DNA of 64,000 nt from Azolla caroliniana (lineage: Eukaryota; Plantae; Polypodiophyta). The DNA is taken from the NCBI GenBank assembly GCA_043228905.1, contig JBHGNT010000018.1, positions 12,462,001-12,526,000 of the forward strand, read 5' to 3'. The notes beneath the pieces were generated by a model, which was not told where the DNA came from, searched no databases, and was given only the letters and a program-made list of their open reading frames with translations. The position numbers and the translations under genes are program-made. Each line of letters starts with the position of its first letter. Positions within the stretch are counted from its first letter, which is position 1. Positions 48,001-60,653 of the stretch are shown one piece after another.

Positions 48001-49960
48001 GAATTCATCAGGTACAGAGTGTTGACCTTCCGGGCCCGAGCCACTATCAGGCTCCCTTTGCTGAACTTCATGACACCGTTCCGGATGCTACCCGTGTAGC
48101 CTTCATCGTCTAGCCTCCCGGCCGAAATCAGGTTCAATCGAACCTCCGGAACGTGTCGAACATCCTTCAGCAGCATCTTGCATCCGGTTGATGTCATCAG
48201 CCACACGTCTCCTATGCCGGCAATCCGGCATGTACCTTCATTTCCCATCCGGACACAGCCATGCTCACCGGCTGTGTAGGATGAGAAGTATTTCTTCTCC
48301 GGGGTCAGGTGGAACGACGCTCCGGAATCGACCACCCAGGTCATCTCTACGCCGGCAAGGTTCAGCTCCCTCTCTTCGGTAATAAGCATTATCTCTTCTT
48401 CACTTGCCGCGAGTGCCGTCGTTCCTTTCCGGTCCTGCCCTCGCCGATCCGGACCTCTCCGGTCCGTGGCTCCCCGGTATGCACCGTTTCTCTCCGGTGA
48501 CTTCTTCGAATCGGTGTCGTCGGCTCCGTTGTCCTTTCGGTAATGCCGACAATTCTTCCGGAAGTGCCCCGGCTTCCCGCAGTGGAAGCATGTTGGCCTT
48601 CCTCTTGACTGCGACCGGGTCCCCGACTTCTCCCGTCTTTGCGGACTCCGGTTCCATTGTCTTCCGCGTTCCGATTCGGTAAGCAGCGCCTTCGAGTCGG
48701 AGACCGGTTCTTTATCTCTCCGACGCGCTTCTTCGTTCAAAATACTTGTCTTTACCGTTTGTAGGGACAAGTTATCTTCGGCGCAGGAGGTGCTGAGAGT
48801 CACCACCAAGTTCTCCCAGCTGTCCAGCAAAGTACACATCAAGATGATGGCTTGCATTGCATCCTCCAACGGGAACTTGATCGCCGCAAGCTGGTTCACG
48901 AATCCCATGAACGTGCTTACGTGTTCCACCATACTCTCGCCGTCCCGGTACTTGAGATTCACTATCTTCCTCATCAGGGAGGTCCGGTTCAACGCATTCT
49001 TCCTCTCGTAGAGGCCCGACAGCTTCTTCCACATCTCATATGCGTTGGTGTCGTTCGCAACATGTTGTAGGACGCTTACATCGACATATTGTCGGATCGT
49101 CGCTACGGCTTTCCGGTTCAGGAGCTTCCACTCCGACTCAAGTACCCCCTTCGGTATTTCCGACCTGTCAATCGGTTCGTACAGGTCCCGAACAATCAGA
49201 AGATCCTCCATCTTGATCTTCCAGTCGGCGTAATTCTGTGCATTTAGCACCATCATCCCCGGCTGCCCGCTGCCGCCGCCTTCCATTTTCTGCAACAGTC
49301 GCTCTGATACCACTTGTTGAAATTCCGTGCTCGGCCACAGCCGAGGAACAGGATCGATTCTCAGAAAACGGGAAATACAAGAATGCACGAAGAACAACAG
49401 AGAGAAGAATACACAGGATGTTTACGTGGAAAACCCTAAATGGGAAAAACCACGGGAGTTCTCAAACTCCAACTATCACTATACACAGAGATGTACAATG
49501 GTGAGGCTACAAGGCAACAACCTTGAGCTCGCTATCCTCGCCACAGGCGGCGGTATTACACAGAGGCGTCGACCTCTTCCTTTCTCTTTCTTTTTCTCAC
49601 TCTCGCTCGGCTGCTCTCACTTCGCTCCCTCTTAGTGGACAACAGAAAAATGAGCAACAACAACAACTGTTTGCCCTAAGTCATATTTATACACATATGA
49701 CTTTCGGGCTATTTACAAATATAGCCTCAAGGGCTCTTGGCAAACATATTCACAAATATGTCCCTGCATCCGGATCTCTCTCCGGGTACATTCGTCATCC
49801 GGCTCCGTAACCGGGGTCTTCATCATCCGGCTCCGTAGCCGGGGTCTTCATCATCCGGCTCCGTAGCCGGGGTCTTCGTCATCCGGCTCCGTAACCGGAA
49901 CCGGGCTTGCCGTCATTCATCTCCGGGGACATACCATCCGGAGGGACCGAAATCCCAACA
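45004..49960 (-). mobile_element. Very young Tnt1-like Copia element J, TSD TAAAT
   Basis: 646-bp LTRs at 45004-45649 and 49315-49960 (2 differences seen by eye); PBS 49301-49312; PPT next to 45649. Confidence 0.97.
45660..49286 (-). CDS. Element J gag-pol, open but with an in-frame RT/RNase H deletion
   Basis: Single ORF from MEGGGSG; DLGPARQI is joined directly to PGYVMTYAGG. Confidence 0.92.
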   Translation of the reverse strand: MEGGGSGQPGMMVLNAQNYADWKIKMEDLLIVRDLYEPIDRSEIPKGVLESEWKLLNRKAVATIRQYVDVSVLQHVANDTNAYEMWKKLSGLYERKNALNRTSLMRKIVNLKYRDGESMVEHVSTFMGFVNQLAAIKFPLEDAMQAIILMCTLLDSWENLVVTLSTSCAEDNLSLQTVKTSILNEEARRRDKEPVSDSKALLTESERGRQWNRSPQRREKSGTRSQSRGRPTCFHCGKPGHFRKNCRHYRKDNGADDTDSKKSPERNGAYRGATDRRGPDRRGQDRKGTTALAASEEEIMLITEERELNLAGVEMTWVVDSGASFHLTPEKKYFSSYTAGEHGCVRMGNEGTCRIAGIGDVWLMTSTGCKMLLKDVRHVPEVRLNLISAGRLDDEGYTGSIRNGVMKFSKGSLIVARARKVNTLYLMNSRLCPEELNVAAGAVGELWHKRLCHMSEKGMKRLAEDNLIPVKHVHLEKCTDCLAGKQNRTSFHSRPPTRRSAPLELVHTDVCQVEMKSHGGAQYFVTFIDDHSRKLWTAPLKTKDQVLCVFKELHARVERESGKKLKAIRADNGGEYRGQFQEYCRSKGIRLEFTVPKTPELNGLAERMNRTIMERVRSMLAHAKLPKGFWAEAMSTATYVINRSPSVPLDGDTPQKVWTGKEVSYRHLKVFGCLAYVHVAKDRRGKLDPKTRPCIFLGYGDDEFGYRVWDPVDKKIFRSRDIIFMEDKTLADWESEKKMKSSKSTGEDKLYEEQSRPARDRLALEDPAEDGEETEPAEEDETDTGTGPDPEMDSDEEETEEPVTEAPERRYPLRERRAPRRFPEPEHVLLTDEGEPESFEEAKHDTQSRRWLSAMQDEMDSLHENNTYELVELPKGKRALRNKWVFKLKPGDAGNPPRYKARIVVKGFQQKKGVDFDEIFAPVVKMTSIRTVLSIAASMDLEVEQMDVKTAFLHGDLEEEIYMQQPEGFEKKGKEHLVCRLKKSLYGLKQAPRQWYRKFDSFMTDEGYLKTQSDHCVFVKKFEGGDSLILLLYVDDMLIVGRDQVKIRMLKKALHRTFSMKDLGPARQIPGYVMTYAGGAVSWQSRLQKTVALSTTEAEYMAAVEAGKEIIWMKDFIRELGIRQEEYRLYCDSQSAIHLAKNAAYHSRTKHIQRRYHWIRERIEDEELVLTKIHTDENGSDMLTKVLTPDKLEACRKRIGLERHPMPK

Positions 49961-52372
49961 TAAATGTGGTTTTTCTTTGGTCTTCTTCAGGGATTCTTAT
50001 TTGAAAATAACCGGAATAACCATCGCAAATGGTGTATAGCTCGTGCCCAGCAATCTCATCCTAGGAAGGAAGTGGAAAATGATCTCGTTTGGTTGAAGCA
50101 TTCAAGGGTTTGAAGTCGACACATACCCGCCATTTCCCATTCTTTTTTGGAACTAGCACAACTGGTGACACCCACTCAGAATCCTCCACTGGGTAAATAA
50201 AACCTGCTCTCAACAATGCTTTAACTTCCTTTAAAAGAGCTTCCTTTTGTACCATACCTAACCGGTGAAGCTTTTGAGCAACCGGTACACTTCCTTCCTT
50301 TAAATTGATGTGATGCTTGATGACATCTACTCCTCTTATCTGCAAATAGTCATTTATGAATAATTTTGGAAACTCAGAAAGAAGAGAAATAAACCTTTGA
50401 CACTCTTCTCCTTGGATATCTTCGAAAATCATCTTCTCTTTCCCCTCCAAGGTAATAATGTTGCTTTCTTCTTCAATGCCTCCTTCCTCGTCCTTAGACA
50501 CCACATAGGATGTATTTTCCTCCCAATCCGACGAGGATTCGTCACTTGATAAGCTTTCCCTTTCTCGCTCGTTGTTGTAGGAAGACGATTCTTTCTCCTT
50601 TTCACCTTTAATTACTCGTTGAAGACGCATGTCATAAAAGATCTTGATGGTGATAAGGTCATGATGCCATTACTCCAATCCTGGATCACTTTTAACTCTT
50701 GCATCCAAGGTCTTCCTAATACTAAGGAATAAGATTGCCCTTTAAGAGGTATGACATGAAAATCCATGGAAATAGATATACCAAAACATTCAATCACTAC
50801 ATCCTCTATAATTCCCAAACAAGGAACCAAACCCCCATCAACTATAGCTACTTTTGCCAAGGACTTCTTACAAATGGGAATTCCAATCTTAGTTACTAAA
50901 ACCTTAGATATAAGGCTTATTCTAGCACCACTATCTACCAAGGTATCCTTAATTAAAAAACCTTTGATGGTTACCGGGATAGTTGGTCGAATATCCTTTC
51001 GATCTTTTACTTGCACAACTCCAACATAATGTAACGTCTTTACGCTCTTTCATATGCTCGATAGGCGTCCCCACACCTTGCGTAGTGATGGAGAAAGTTG
51101 GAGAAGTTGTGGCCAAGTGATGCGTAGTCCACTAGAGATTAGCTCTTGCTTGAGATCGAACGGTTCCACACCTTTCCCCATTGGCATATCATCAATTTTT
51201 ATCTTTCTTCGTGAATGTTTCTTTCTAGGTTCATCCTCCAAGTTAGTCTCCTTAGTCTTCTTCTTTTGTTGAGAGTTACTAGTCTCTCCTTCCGCTGTTA
51301 TATGCTTTTGTGATTCCCTAATTCTCTTTATGGGTGCAACATCACATTCTTCATTTGTATCATACATAAAGTCAAGAAGATTTACATTAGGGGGAATTGT
51401 TGGAATATGAGTTGAGATGTTTTCCCCTCCCGCCACTTGTGTGTTGAGCTGGTTAATATTATTGTTTTGATTGCCTTGTAGTTGGTGCATGCCTCGACCC
51501 CAACCACCTTGTCGTCGTGAAGGGAAACGTGTTGATATGTGCCCCTCGACACCACATGTGTAGCACACAACCACTCTTCTTTCATTTGGAGCATCTTGAG
51601 TTTGACTTACATTAAAATTCGCTTGCATTTGTTGTATTTGTCGAGTAACTTCATCCAAACGCCGATTTAATTGCTCTGAGAAATCCCCCTCTAATTTAGA
51701 TGGAATAGATTCTTGCATTATGGAGGTATTAGATTGACATGTTGTTGGAGATGTCATAAAAACATTAGGAAACACCTACCCACCATGCAATATTGATGAT
51801 TGATTAAGAATAGGGGATGCAATTAGATTACCTCCAATTGTTGTGACTGTCGAATCTGCTCCTACTTGTAGAACCATGATTTTTCTATTGTAAGCTTGAC
51901 TAGTTTGCAAGAGCACTTGAAAATTCATAGGATTCTTTAGATTTGTTTCCAACGCAAAGTGCGGACTTAATCCTGCTTTAAAGCGGTCCATCTTAAACCA
52001 TTCATCCTCCGTACCCCTACGTAATCGAATCCACGTAGTCCAAAGGTCGATAAACTCCCTCTTGTAATCGTTGTACTCCATCGTTGAGGACATCCGCAAA
52101 CGAAAGAGTGCCTCTTGCACTTCCGTTGCATTATGACGTCTAATATACTTTGCTTTAAATTGTTGCACCAACAGTTGGTAATTGACTTGTTGGTTCATTG
52201 GCAAGGACTCATACCAATCCCTTGCTCATCCATAAAAAGTGGCCCACCAATAGAGGAAGATTCTCCAAATCTGTCATCTTCCCTCTTGAGACTGTGTGAT
52301 GTTCGAAGGTAGCCAAGAATGCACCCGCATCTTTGACCCCATCTCCTAAAAAAGCAAATTGAAAAGCCATAT
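49961..52372 (-). pseudogene. Element I gag-protease-RT N-terminus, disrupted
   Basis: ORFs 51776-52204, 51050-51775, 50612-51016 and 50061-50630 (WVSPVVLVPKKNGKWRVCVDF). Confidence 0.88.
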
Positions 52373-53139
52373 CGGCTACAAATAAGACCTTCTTATAATA
52401 CGGACAAAATTGGCCTTTCCTCCCATACGGAAAGAATCGACCCTCCCTACAACGCCAAAAATGATGAAGAGGTAGAGAAAAATGATAGAGAAGAGAGGAT
52501 GAGGAAAAAGAAGGCATCAATATACTAATAAGAAAATAATACAATACTCTTATACTCTAAGAGTAACAAAAACCAAATAACTAACTAAATATAATATTAG
52601 ACATAAAAGTCTTTCCTTCTTCACCCTTTCTTCTACTAAGCTTCTTATAACCCTCTTATTCTTTCTCCCTTCTTCTTGTAGATAATCTATCCTCTCCCCT
52701 ATTGCTAAGAATACCCTCATATTTATAGGTTCCTAGTTGCGTTATTCTTGCTTTTTTCTTCTCTTTTCTTTTACATATGCTCGAGGTTATGTGATGCATT
52801 TTTCATATCATTATTTCTATTTTATGTCTCTAAATTTATCATAAAGAAAGATCTCTTTGTTAGCTTTCTTATGAATCTTCTTCTTTTGAAATTTGGATAA
52901 GAGATGCAAAAGTTATGAGCTTTTTCCTTTGCCCTGCTTTCTCTGCCTTATTATGCATTTTTTTCCTTCTATCTTTTCTCTTGCTTTTTTTACTTTTGGA
53001 AAACGCCTCTAACTTCATATCCCTTCAATTTTCTTCTTCTCTTAACTCTTGAGACTTTCACATTGTGCTTTATTCTTATAGAGCTTAGTATTTGATGTAT
53101 TTGCCACGGTCTTTTCTTACAGCAAAAATTGACTTTACA

Positions 53140-56100
53140 AGATGAAATTGGCCATGTTCGCAAAGCGCACGAAATCCGATTCCGACATAGAGTTATGGCA
53201 CAAGCGGATTGACCATATCAACCTCCAAAAGCTCAAGGCAATGCAATCGAAAGGAGTCGTCATCGGGTTCCCGACATTCAAGGAGAAAGAGATTGAAGGT
53301 GTGTGTGCCGCTTGCCCATTTGGCAAGCAACATCGGCACCCATTTCCGAAGGAGCGGAACATGAGCAAAGGCGTACTCGACGTAAGTCATTCCAATGTAT
53401 GGGGTATGGCTCAGATGGCTACATTCGGCAGATGCCGATACTACGTGGCCTTTATAGACGACTTCTCTAAGCACACTTGGATATACCCCATGCGGCAAAA
53501 GATCGAAGTGTTCAGACACTTCCACAAATTTAAGAATGAAGTCGAGAAAGCCATGGGCCGACATGTATGATGTCTTCGGTCGGATGGAGGCAAGGAGTAC
53601 TTCTCCGATGAATTTTTGGCTTTTCTACGGAAAGAAGGAATTCGGCGAGAGTTTTCGTGTCGACATATGCCACAACAAAACGGAGTCGTTGAACGAAAGA
53701 ATCAGAACATCCTCGAAGTAGCACGGGCCATGATGAACAAAAGCACCTGTCGAAGTCGTACTAGGCAGAAGAGGCTAACACGGCTATATACCTCATGAAT
53801 CAGTGTATGACATTGGGTGTGCAGGAACTTACTCCACACGAGAAGTTTTTTGGGAAGAAGCTGGATCTATCACATGTTCAGATATTCGGCTCCATTGCAT
53901 ACGTGCACAGCCCCTACGAGAAGCGACAAAAGCTCGACCCGAAGTCAAAGAAATGTATCCTCATAGGATACTCATTGGAGCAAAAGGGGTACAAGTGTTA
54001 TAACCCCTCAACTCAAAAATCTCGAGTAAGTCGAGATGTCGTTTTAGGCGAATCTGCATCTTGGTACGCACCAGAGACAACTTCGAGTCCGATTCCGCTC
54101 GACCCGGAATCTGCCGAAATAGAGATGGAAGCCGAAGATCGGCTCACGCGCATGTATGATGAAAGCCAAATTATGAGAAGGCTTAGTTGGCCACAAGAAC
54201 CTCCGAGCGATCAAAGCACATCTCGACCAAGTCCAAAGCTGGACAAAGGGAAGGCGAAAATGCCAGAGTTTGAAGTCGATCACTTCGACGGCAACAAATC
54301 GACTCACTCCCTCGATAGTGAGTTTGAAGACCTTGACATGCAGACAAATGGAGCGAAGAAAGCCTTAGTATCCACAAACAAGAAGCTTTGTTGATCCACT
54401 CGTGAAAAGAACCCTGTAAGCTGATTCGGCTACAACGATTATATGGTGTACCATTACACCTTTATGAAGAAGGTAGTGACCGCACGGGAGCAGGAAACGT
54501 CTTCTGAAGCTGCAAAGGACCCCAGATGGGTTGAAGAGATCAATGAGGAGATGCAAGAACTCTCCAAAAATAAGACATGGGATCCTGTCCCCCACTCACC
54601 GCACAAGAAGGCGATCGGCTACAGATGGATCTACAAGGTGAAGTATAATGCCGATGGCTCCGTAAACCACTACAAAGCTCGACTCGTAGGGAAAGGATAC
54701 ACACAAACACATGGAGTCGACTACGAAGAGACATTTGCCCTGGTGGCAAAGATGGCAATTGTGCGGACCATGATCGCACTAGTAGCGGCGAAAGGGTGGC
54801 ACCTCCACCAAATGGACGTCAAGAACGCCTTTCTTCAAGGAGAATTAGAAGAGGAGGTGTACATGGTACAACCACCCACCTTCGAATCCAACATTCATCC
54901 GAAAGCCGTATGCCAACTCAAGAAGCCTCTCTACGGCCTCAAGCAAGCACCACGTGCTTAGCATTCAAAGATTGCGCAATATCTTCATCAAATCGGCTTT
55001 CGAATGTCGAAATCCGACAACTCCCTCTACGTACGAAAGAACTCTAGAAGCTCGATTGTCATCATCCTATACGTGGATGATTTGGTCATTGGAGGAGAAA
55101 GTTTAGTCGACATCAACAAGGTGATCCCTCCTCTCCAACAAATTCGAGATGAAGGACATGAAGGAACTTCATTAATTCCTAGGCATCGAAGTAATTCAGA
55201 TTCCGACCGGCATTATGATCTCTCAACAACACTACATTCTCAACTTGTTCTACAAGTTTGGGATGACATAGTGCAAATCTATGTCAACCCCTCTGGATCG
55301 AAACCTCAAACTAGATGCCAACTCCGGCACAGACGAGTGCGAGCCGACTCAATATCGACAACTGATCGGGAGCCTCATCTATCTCACGATCATGCGACTT
55401 GACCTCAACTTTCTAGTCAGCCTCCTTAGCCAATATATGCAAACTCCGTGAGATATCCATTTCTATTGCGCTAAGCGAGTATTACGATACATGAGTGGCA
55501 CAATGGATTACGACATCCTCTACGCATCAGCCACACCAATTCGACTCGAAGGGTACACGGATGCCGACTGGGTTGGCTATAGAGCTGATCAACAACCGAC
55601 CTCCGAATTTGTCTTCTTGCTCGGTAGCGTAGCATTATCTTGGAGTAGCAAGAAGCAACCAACCGTAGCTCTTTCTTGTACGCAAGCCGAATACAGGGGC
55701 GTGGCCGTAGTTGCATGTGAAGCTGTATGGCTCAAGAGGATTTTGAAGGATCTGGGAATTCCCATCAAGGATCCGACTCCCATTTATTGTGACAACATGA
55801 GCAGTATATATCTGGCTCGGAACCCGGTGTTCCACGCACACACAAAGCATATCGAAGTGCACTACCGCTTCATTCCAGAGCGTGTTTAGGCTAGAGATGT
55901 CAACCTTCTACACATCAACATGAATCTTCAAACAACCGATATCTTCACAAAAGCCGTTGGAGGTGATAAGATTCGGCAAATCATGTCAAACCTTGGATTG
56001 ACAATCCTTGGGTTGCCAAGCTTGAGGGGGAGTACAAGCGAGAACCGTATACCGTCTGAACCGGGTATGAACCGAAGCGGACACCAGAGATCGTCCGAAC

Positions 56101-56627
56101 AGATATCAACCAAAGCGGACATCAACCGAAAGGAACCAACCCGAGTTGAGCTTGAGGGGGCATGCTGAGAATCAAGCTCAACATAGTACAACGTGTGCAC
56201 ACACCTTTTGAGAATCCATGATTACATAAAGGTCAAGAGTCACACCACTACTCTCTACACATTAACTATGTGTCATATAATCATATTCTATGACACATAA
56301 CTAATGAGTTACATGTTCTCCATGACTATGAGTCTTTACATTCCCCAAGAGAGAGTTATCGTTGTAGTTAGTTAATGAAGAGAGAGGATGACTATATATA
56401 AAGCACCCTTTTCCTATTTCATATTAAGTCGGTTGTGACTCCTTGTTATGCTACATTTTGTAAAACTTTTTCTACTTGTGAAATATACACCTTATTCTTG
56501 AGTATTCTATTTTCCTCTCATTTATCTATCTTGAGTTCTCTTTTCTCCCCTCTCTTTTTCTCTCACACATATATGCACATAATGCGCATCTATTCCGTTG
56601 CACAAGAATCACCATCGATTCTTTACA
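53140..56627 (+). mobile_element. Copia element M (A family), INT-RT-RH, PPT, 3' LTR 56163-56627
   Basis: LWHKRIDH, FIDDFS, QMDVKNAF, YVDDL, SSKKQ; TTGAGGGGG then an LTR matching the A LTR. Confidence 0.93.
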
Positions 56628-58790
56628 ATTGCCATACTACGGACTCGAGTTTCGCCTAATTCATGTAAGTGTTGCAACCAGATTTGCTCGGACTGTCCCT
56701 CTTGACAGTCTTTCGCGTACTTGAATCCGCAAGTTGGGACCTGAAATTCAATGGCCATTACGGCTTCCAACCCGAATGCTAGTCGGAAGTGAGTGGATTG
56801 TATGTTGGTTTTTTAGCTTGTTTTGTAAGCCCATAAGGCGCTATACAACTTCGTATCCCAATCCGTTTTATTCTCATTAACGATCTGTTTTAGGATGGTC
56901 TGCAACGTCTTGTTCGTTGATTCTGCTAATCCATTCGCCTGAGGGTAATACGACGTACTCTTCTTATGTACTACGACGTAATGGTTTGTGAGCTCGTGGA
57001 TAACCGTATTCAAAAAATGGTTCCCTTGATTACTTATGAGTTCGATTGGGCAGCCAAAATGGCACCAAATCTGTTCTTAGAGGAAATTCGTCGTAGATGC
57101 CGCGGTATTATCTCGTAACGCTTTCTCTTCTACCCACTTTGTGCAATAATCCATGGCGACTAGAATATATTTATTACATGTTCGTGCCATTGTCGGAGTA
57201 AAGGGGCCGATAAAATCGAGAACCCATTAATGGAAAGGGTTAAGCGAAAGCACCGACTAGTGAGGCATCCGTGCGAGCTCCGTAGGTTGGCCTAGGCGTT
57301 GACAGAGGTCGCACTCTTTACAATATTTATAGGCATCTTTTTGCATAGTTGGCCACCAAAGGCATGCTTGCCACACTTTTTGGGCCATAACATTTCCTAC
57401 GTAATGGCCTCCTGCCGTATACTGCAACTCCAGATACCATCACTTCCTTTATGATATAGCACTCCTTCCACTAAGTAGAAATCACGACTCTGTATTGCCA
57501 GTCTTTTCTTTTCGTCCATCCGTAGCTGTGGTGGTGGTAGTCTCGTTGTCAAGAAATAGGTCATCTCCATCAGCCATCAATCGGAAACATTTTTCTCATC
57601 CAGTGATGTTGGAGTCGCAACCCACAGAATATCCATGTCGGGGAAATCATCACCCTATTTGATTGTCGTTATCTTTTTGGCTTAGACAATCGGCTACAAC
57701 GTGCTATGTGCCTAGCCGATCTTGGATCGTGGATTTAAATTCTTGGAGTAGCAACATCCATCTAGCCAATTTCCCCGTTAATGCTTGCTTCTCAACTAAG
57801 TAGAATAGTGTCATGTGGTCCACATGAAACATGAATTTCCGCCCTAGTAAGTAATGTCGGAATTTTTTTATGTTGTAGATCATTCCTAGGGCTTCACGCT
57901 CAGTCGTTGAATAATTCCGCTCTGCATCTGATAATTTACGACTGCAGTAGTAGATTGGTCGATACCAATTGGGCTCGGTAAGCTGCATTAGCGCACTACT
58001 GATTGCAATTTCCGAGGCATCCACAAACACGTGGAATGATCTAGTCCAAATCTGGGGGTTGTATGACGGGCACTTGGGTCAACATTATTTTAAGGGCCTT
58101 GTACGCTTTGTCTTCTATTGTTGTCCAATTGAACGGTGTCGTGAAGAATTTCGGCCAAAGGCGGAAACCGGGAAATATCGGTTACATCGGCGGAGTGCAC
58201 CATGTGCACTCACCCTCGTATAATTGTGTGGATAATAGGAGTTAAGTCGGGACGAAGAATCCCATGTAAATCAGGATTTATCCCACATTGTAACGCATCC
58301 CTCACCTTGTTCTATAAAAGGAAGGGATGGTCCCTTGTAGAAGGGTTGCCCATTTTTGTATTAGTAGGGTATACCGTTAGATGAAGAGACGTTCTCTGTT
58401 CCTCTTTCTCTCTTGTTTTAGGGTTTCGTCTTCTTCTTCTTTCCTCTGCTTCTTCCTCTTCGTCGTTCTATGCACCGAGCCAGGACGTCTAGCATTTCTG
58501 TTTGCTGCCCTGTCCCCTGTGCAAGACCCCGATCGGCGCGACAAGCCCGAGATCTCCCCGATCGGCGGCTTGGTGTGTGTGTGTGTGTGTGTGTGTGAGT
58601 CAGTGTCAAGCGGGTGCTCCCTCTCTTTCTCTCTCTCTCTCGTTCGGTTGCTTCCGGAACGCGTCCGGAATCGTCTTCTCGTCTTCCCTCCTTCCCTCGT
58701 TTGAGACCCCCGTGGTCCCGCCCTTCTACACGCACGCGCATAACAATGCGACATATTTGGTGAACCCGACGTGAAAGGCGGCAAGGGAGG

Positions 58791-59720
58791 ATGGAGTCAG
58801 AAGACGACGAGCTCGCGGAGATGGTGGCCGAAGTGGTGTTGGAGTCGACACGAGTGGTGATGAAGCGAGAAGCAGTGCAACAAGCGGTTGAGCGAGTGGT
58901 CGAAAGAGTCGGCCGTTTCAACGGGGACAAAGCCCCACCTTACTTGGAAGCCTACAACGTGGAAATGGAGGAGCGAGACGTGGCCGAAGCGTTGAGGCTG
59001 GAGTTCTTCTGTCGGGCTGTCACCATCCGTATGCACGCGGAAGTGAAGGAGCTTCGAGAAGCTCATAGTTTGTGGGAGGCCTTTGAAGAGGCGCTCCTGC
59101 AGGCATATGGAGGATGGCGGAAGAGCCGGGGATGGCACGACTTCGACCAGTGGGTAGCATCGGCAAAGACCCACCGGGGCGCAACGAAGGTGTTCCGAGA
59201 GTTCGAGCGACAGCTTGCTCGGCTCCCGGAGCGGGAACAAGGTTTGGTGGGGGCGGACAAAGTCCTATTGTTCGTCAGGTCAATCGACCGAGCGGAATGG
59301 GAGGCCATTAGGATTGAGCTCGAAGACGATGACGGAGCGAATGGGCTTACGGAGGACTGGTCGAAGGTCGGAAGGGTGTGCCAACGGCTAGACAACGAGC
59401 GAGCCGAGAAGGCTAAGAGGAAGGCGCGCGACGGCGTGCCATCACAGCGGGAAGAGGCTGAACGACAAAGAGAGTCGGCAAGGGTCGGCATTGGGGCCAT
59501 GATTGGGGAGGCGTACGTAGCTCTCAAGGCGATGCTCGAGGAAGAGGAAAGATCGAGGCCGCAAGCCGTGACTGAGGAGACGGACTTGCCCCACGCGATG
59601 ACGGAAGATCGGTACGACGGTACTATGGGAGAGGGTGCGGAACAAAACGCCCTCTCGACTTGTGGCGATAGAACAGCCAAGGATGAGGCCGAGATACCGA
59701 TCACAGGATCGGAACGTTGA
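58791..59720 (+). CDS. Gag-like protein of N (309 aa)
   Basis: VGRFNG..YLEAY..EM and KVLLFVRSID..IELE..NGLTEDW align with B gag (IGVFDS..YVNIY..EM; KVALFLQAVD..FMLE..DGITADW). Confidence 0.85.
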   Translation: MESEDDELAEMVAEVVLESTRVVMKREAVQQAVERVVERVGRFNGDKAPPYLEAYNVEMEERDVAEALRLEFFCRAVTIRMHAEVKELREAHSLWEAFEEALLQAYGGWRKSRGWHDFDQWVASAKTHRGATKVFREFERQLARLPEREQGLVGADKVLLFVRSIDRAEWEAIRIELEDDDGANGLTEDWSKVGRVCQRLDNERAEKAKRKARDGVPSQREEAERQRESARVGIGAMIGEAYVALKAMLEEEERSRPQAVTEETDLPHAMTEDRYDGTMGEGAEQNALSTCGDRTAKDEAEIPITGSER

Positions 59721-60653
59721 AACTAGCGGTGTCGGGCATGTCAGCCCGAAACCCCGGTCATTGGAGAAGCAAGCCAAGACGGGGCTTGCGCGATTGGTAA
59801 GGAGACGACCGCCGACCACGAAGAGCCGGTGGCTACGGACAAGGGCGTAAAACGGACGGGAGATTCTTTGCATCTTCCCACGCTTGCTCCCGAGACGACG
59901 GCAGTCGGGCCCGAGCACCCACGTGAGTCCCAAGAGGAGGAAGGCGGCCGCGAGAGACCAAGAATCGCCGGCGAGACGATACGGGGAAGGAGCGGACGAA
60001 AGCCCTCGAACCTGATTCCGGAGAACTCGGCGTTCGGCCCCTTATGCCCATGTGAGACCGAGGAGATGGATGACGGTATCAAGGAGTCCTAGCACGATGC
60101 CAGCAAAGGTGGGTGGGAGATGGCCCGTGAAAAGGTCGACGAAGAGACCAAGGAACGACCTGGCCGAGGACCGAACCGCGCGACGCTCCAATACGGGTGG
60201 AGCGTAATCTGGTCGTGGATTGTTCGATTGGGGCCGGATTCGGCATAAAGGTGCTGATACGGGAGAGGGTGCGGGGAGAAAGACCGACCGGGCGAAGGTC
60301 GGGAATTGGAAGGAGGCTGATCAGAGGTTCGGAACGAGTCTGGTAAGGTCGGCATCGGAGCCGAAACTCCGGACATTGGAGAATCAAGCTCAGGCAAGGC
60401 TTGATTGGTCACAGAGCGGATGCTATCCACCGACACCACTAAAAGGGGCGGTGGCCCGGACGAGTCGCCGAAAGAAGTTGAGAAATCAGTTACGCCACAT
60501 CCTATCCGGAGACTTCGGCTGTTCGGCCGACAGGGCAACGTAAGACCGAAAGACATGGAAGATTGAGGCGGGAACGCAGCAAGGAGAGCGACGACGAGTT
60601 CGGGAGAAGTACGGGGGATGAAGAGGAGAACGAAGACCAGTCCCATGAGATCT

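Larger units (their letters stand above)
41869..53139 (-). mobile_element. Tat-type Ty3/Gypsy element I (5' LTR 52462-53139; partial 3' LTR about 41869-42007); contains J
   Basis: PBS TGGCGTTGTAGGGAGGGTCG (tRNA-Asn-like, imperfect); gag, CYTCGVEGH, LVDSGA, RT (FIDDF), RH, aRH, INT; PPT AGGAGGGGGG before 42007. Confidence 0.92.

Noticed and set aside
45670-49233. Many plus-strand ORFs over J (and minus-strand ORFs over G and N)
   Set aside because: These are antisense shadows of GC-rich coding sequence with no independent motifs.
1-56627. A and M as the ends of one giant inverted-repeat element
   Set aside because: They are same-family Copia copies in opposite orientation with diverged internal sequence, different hosts and no shared TSD.
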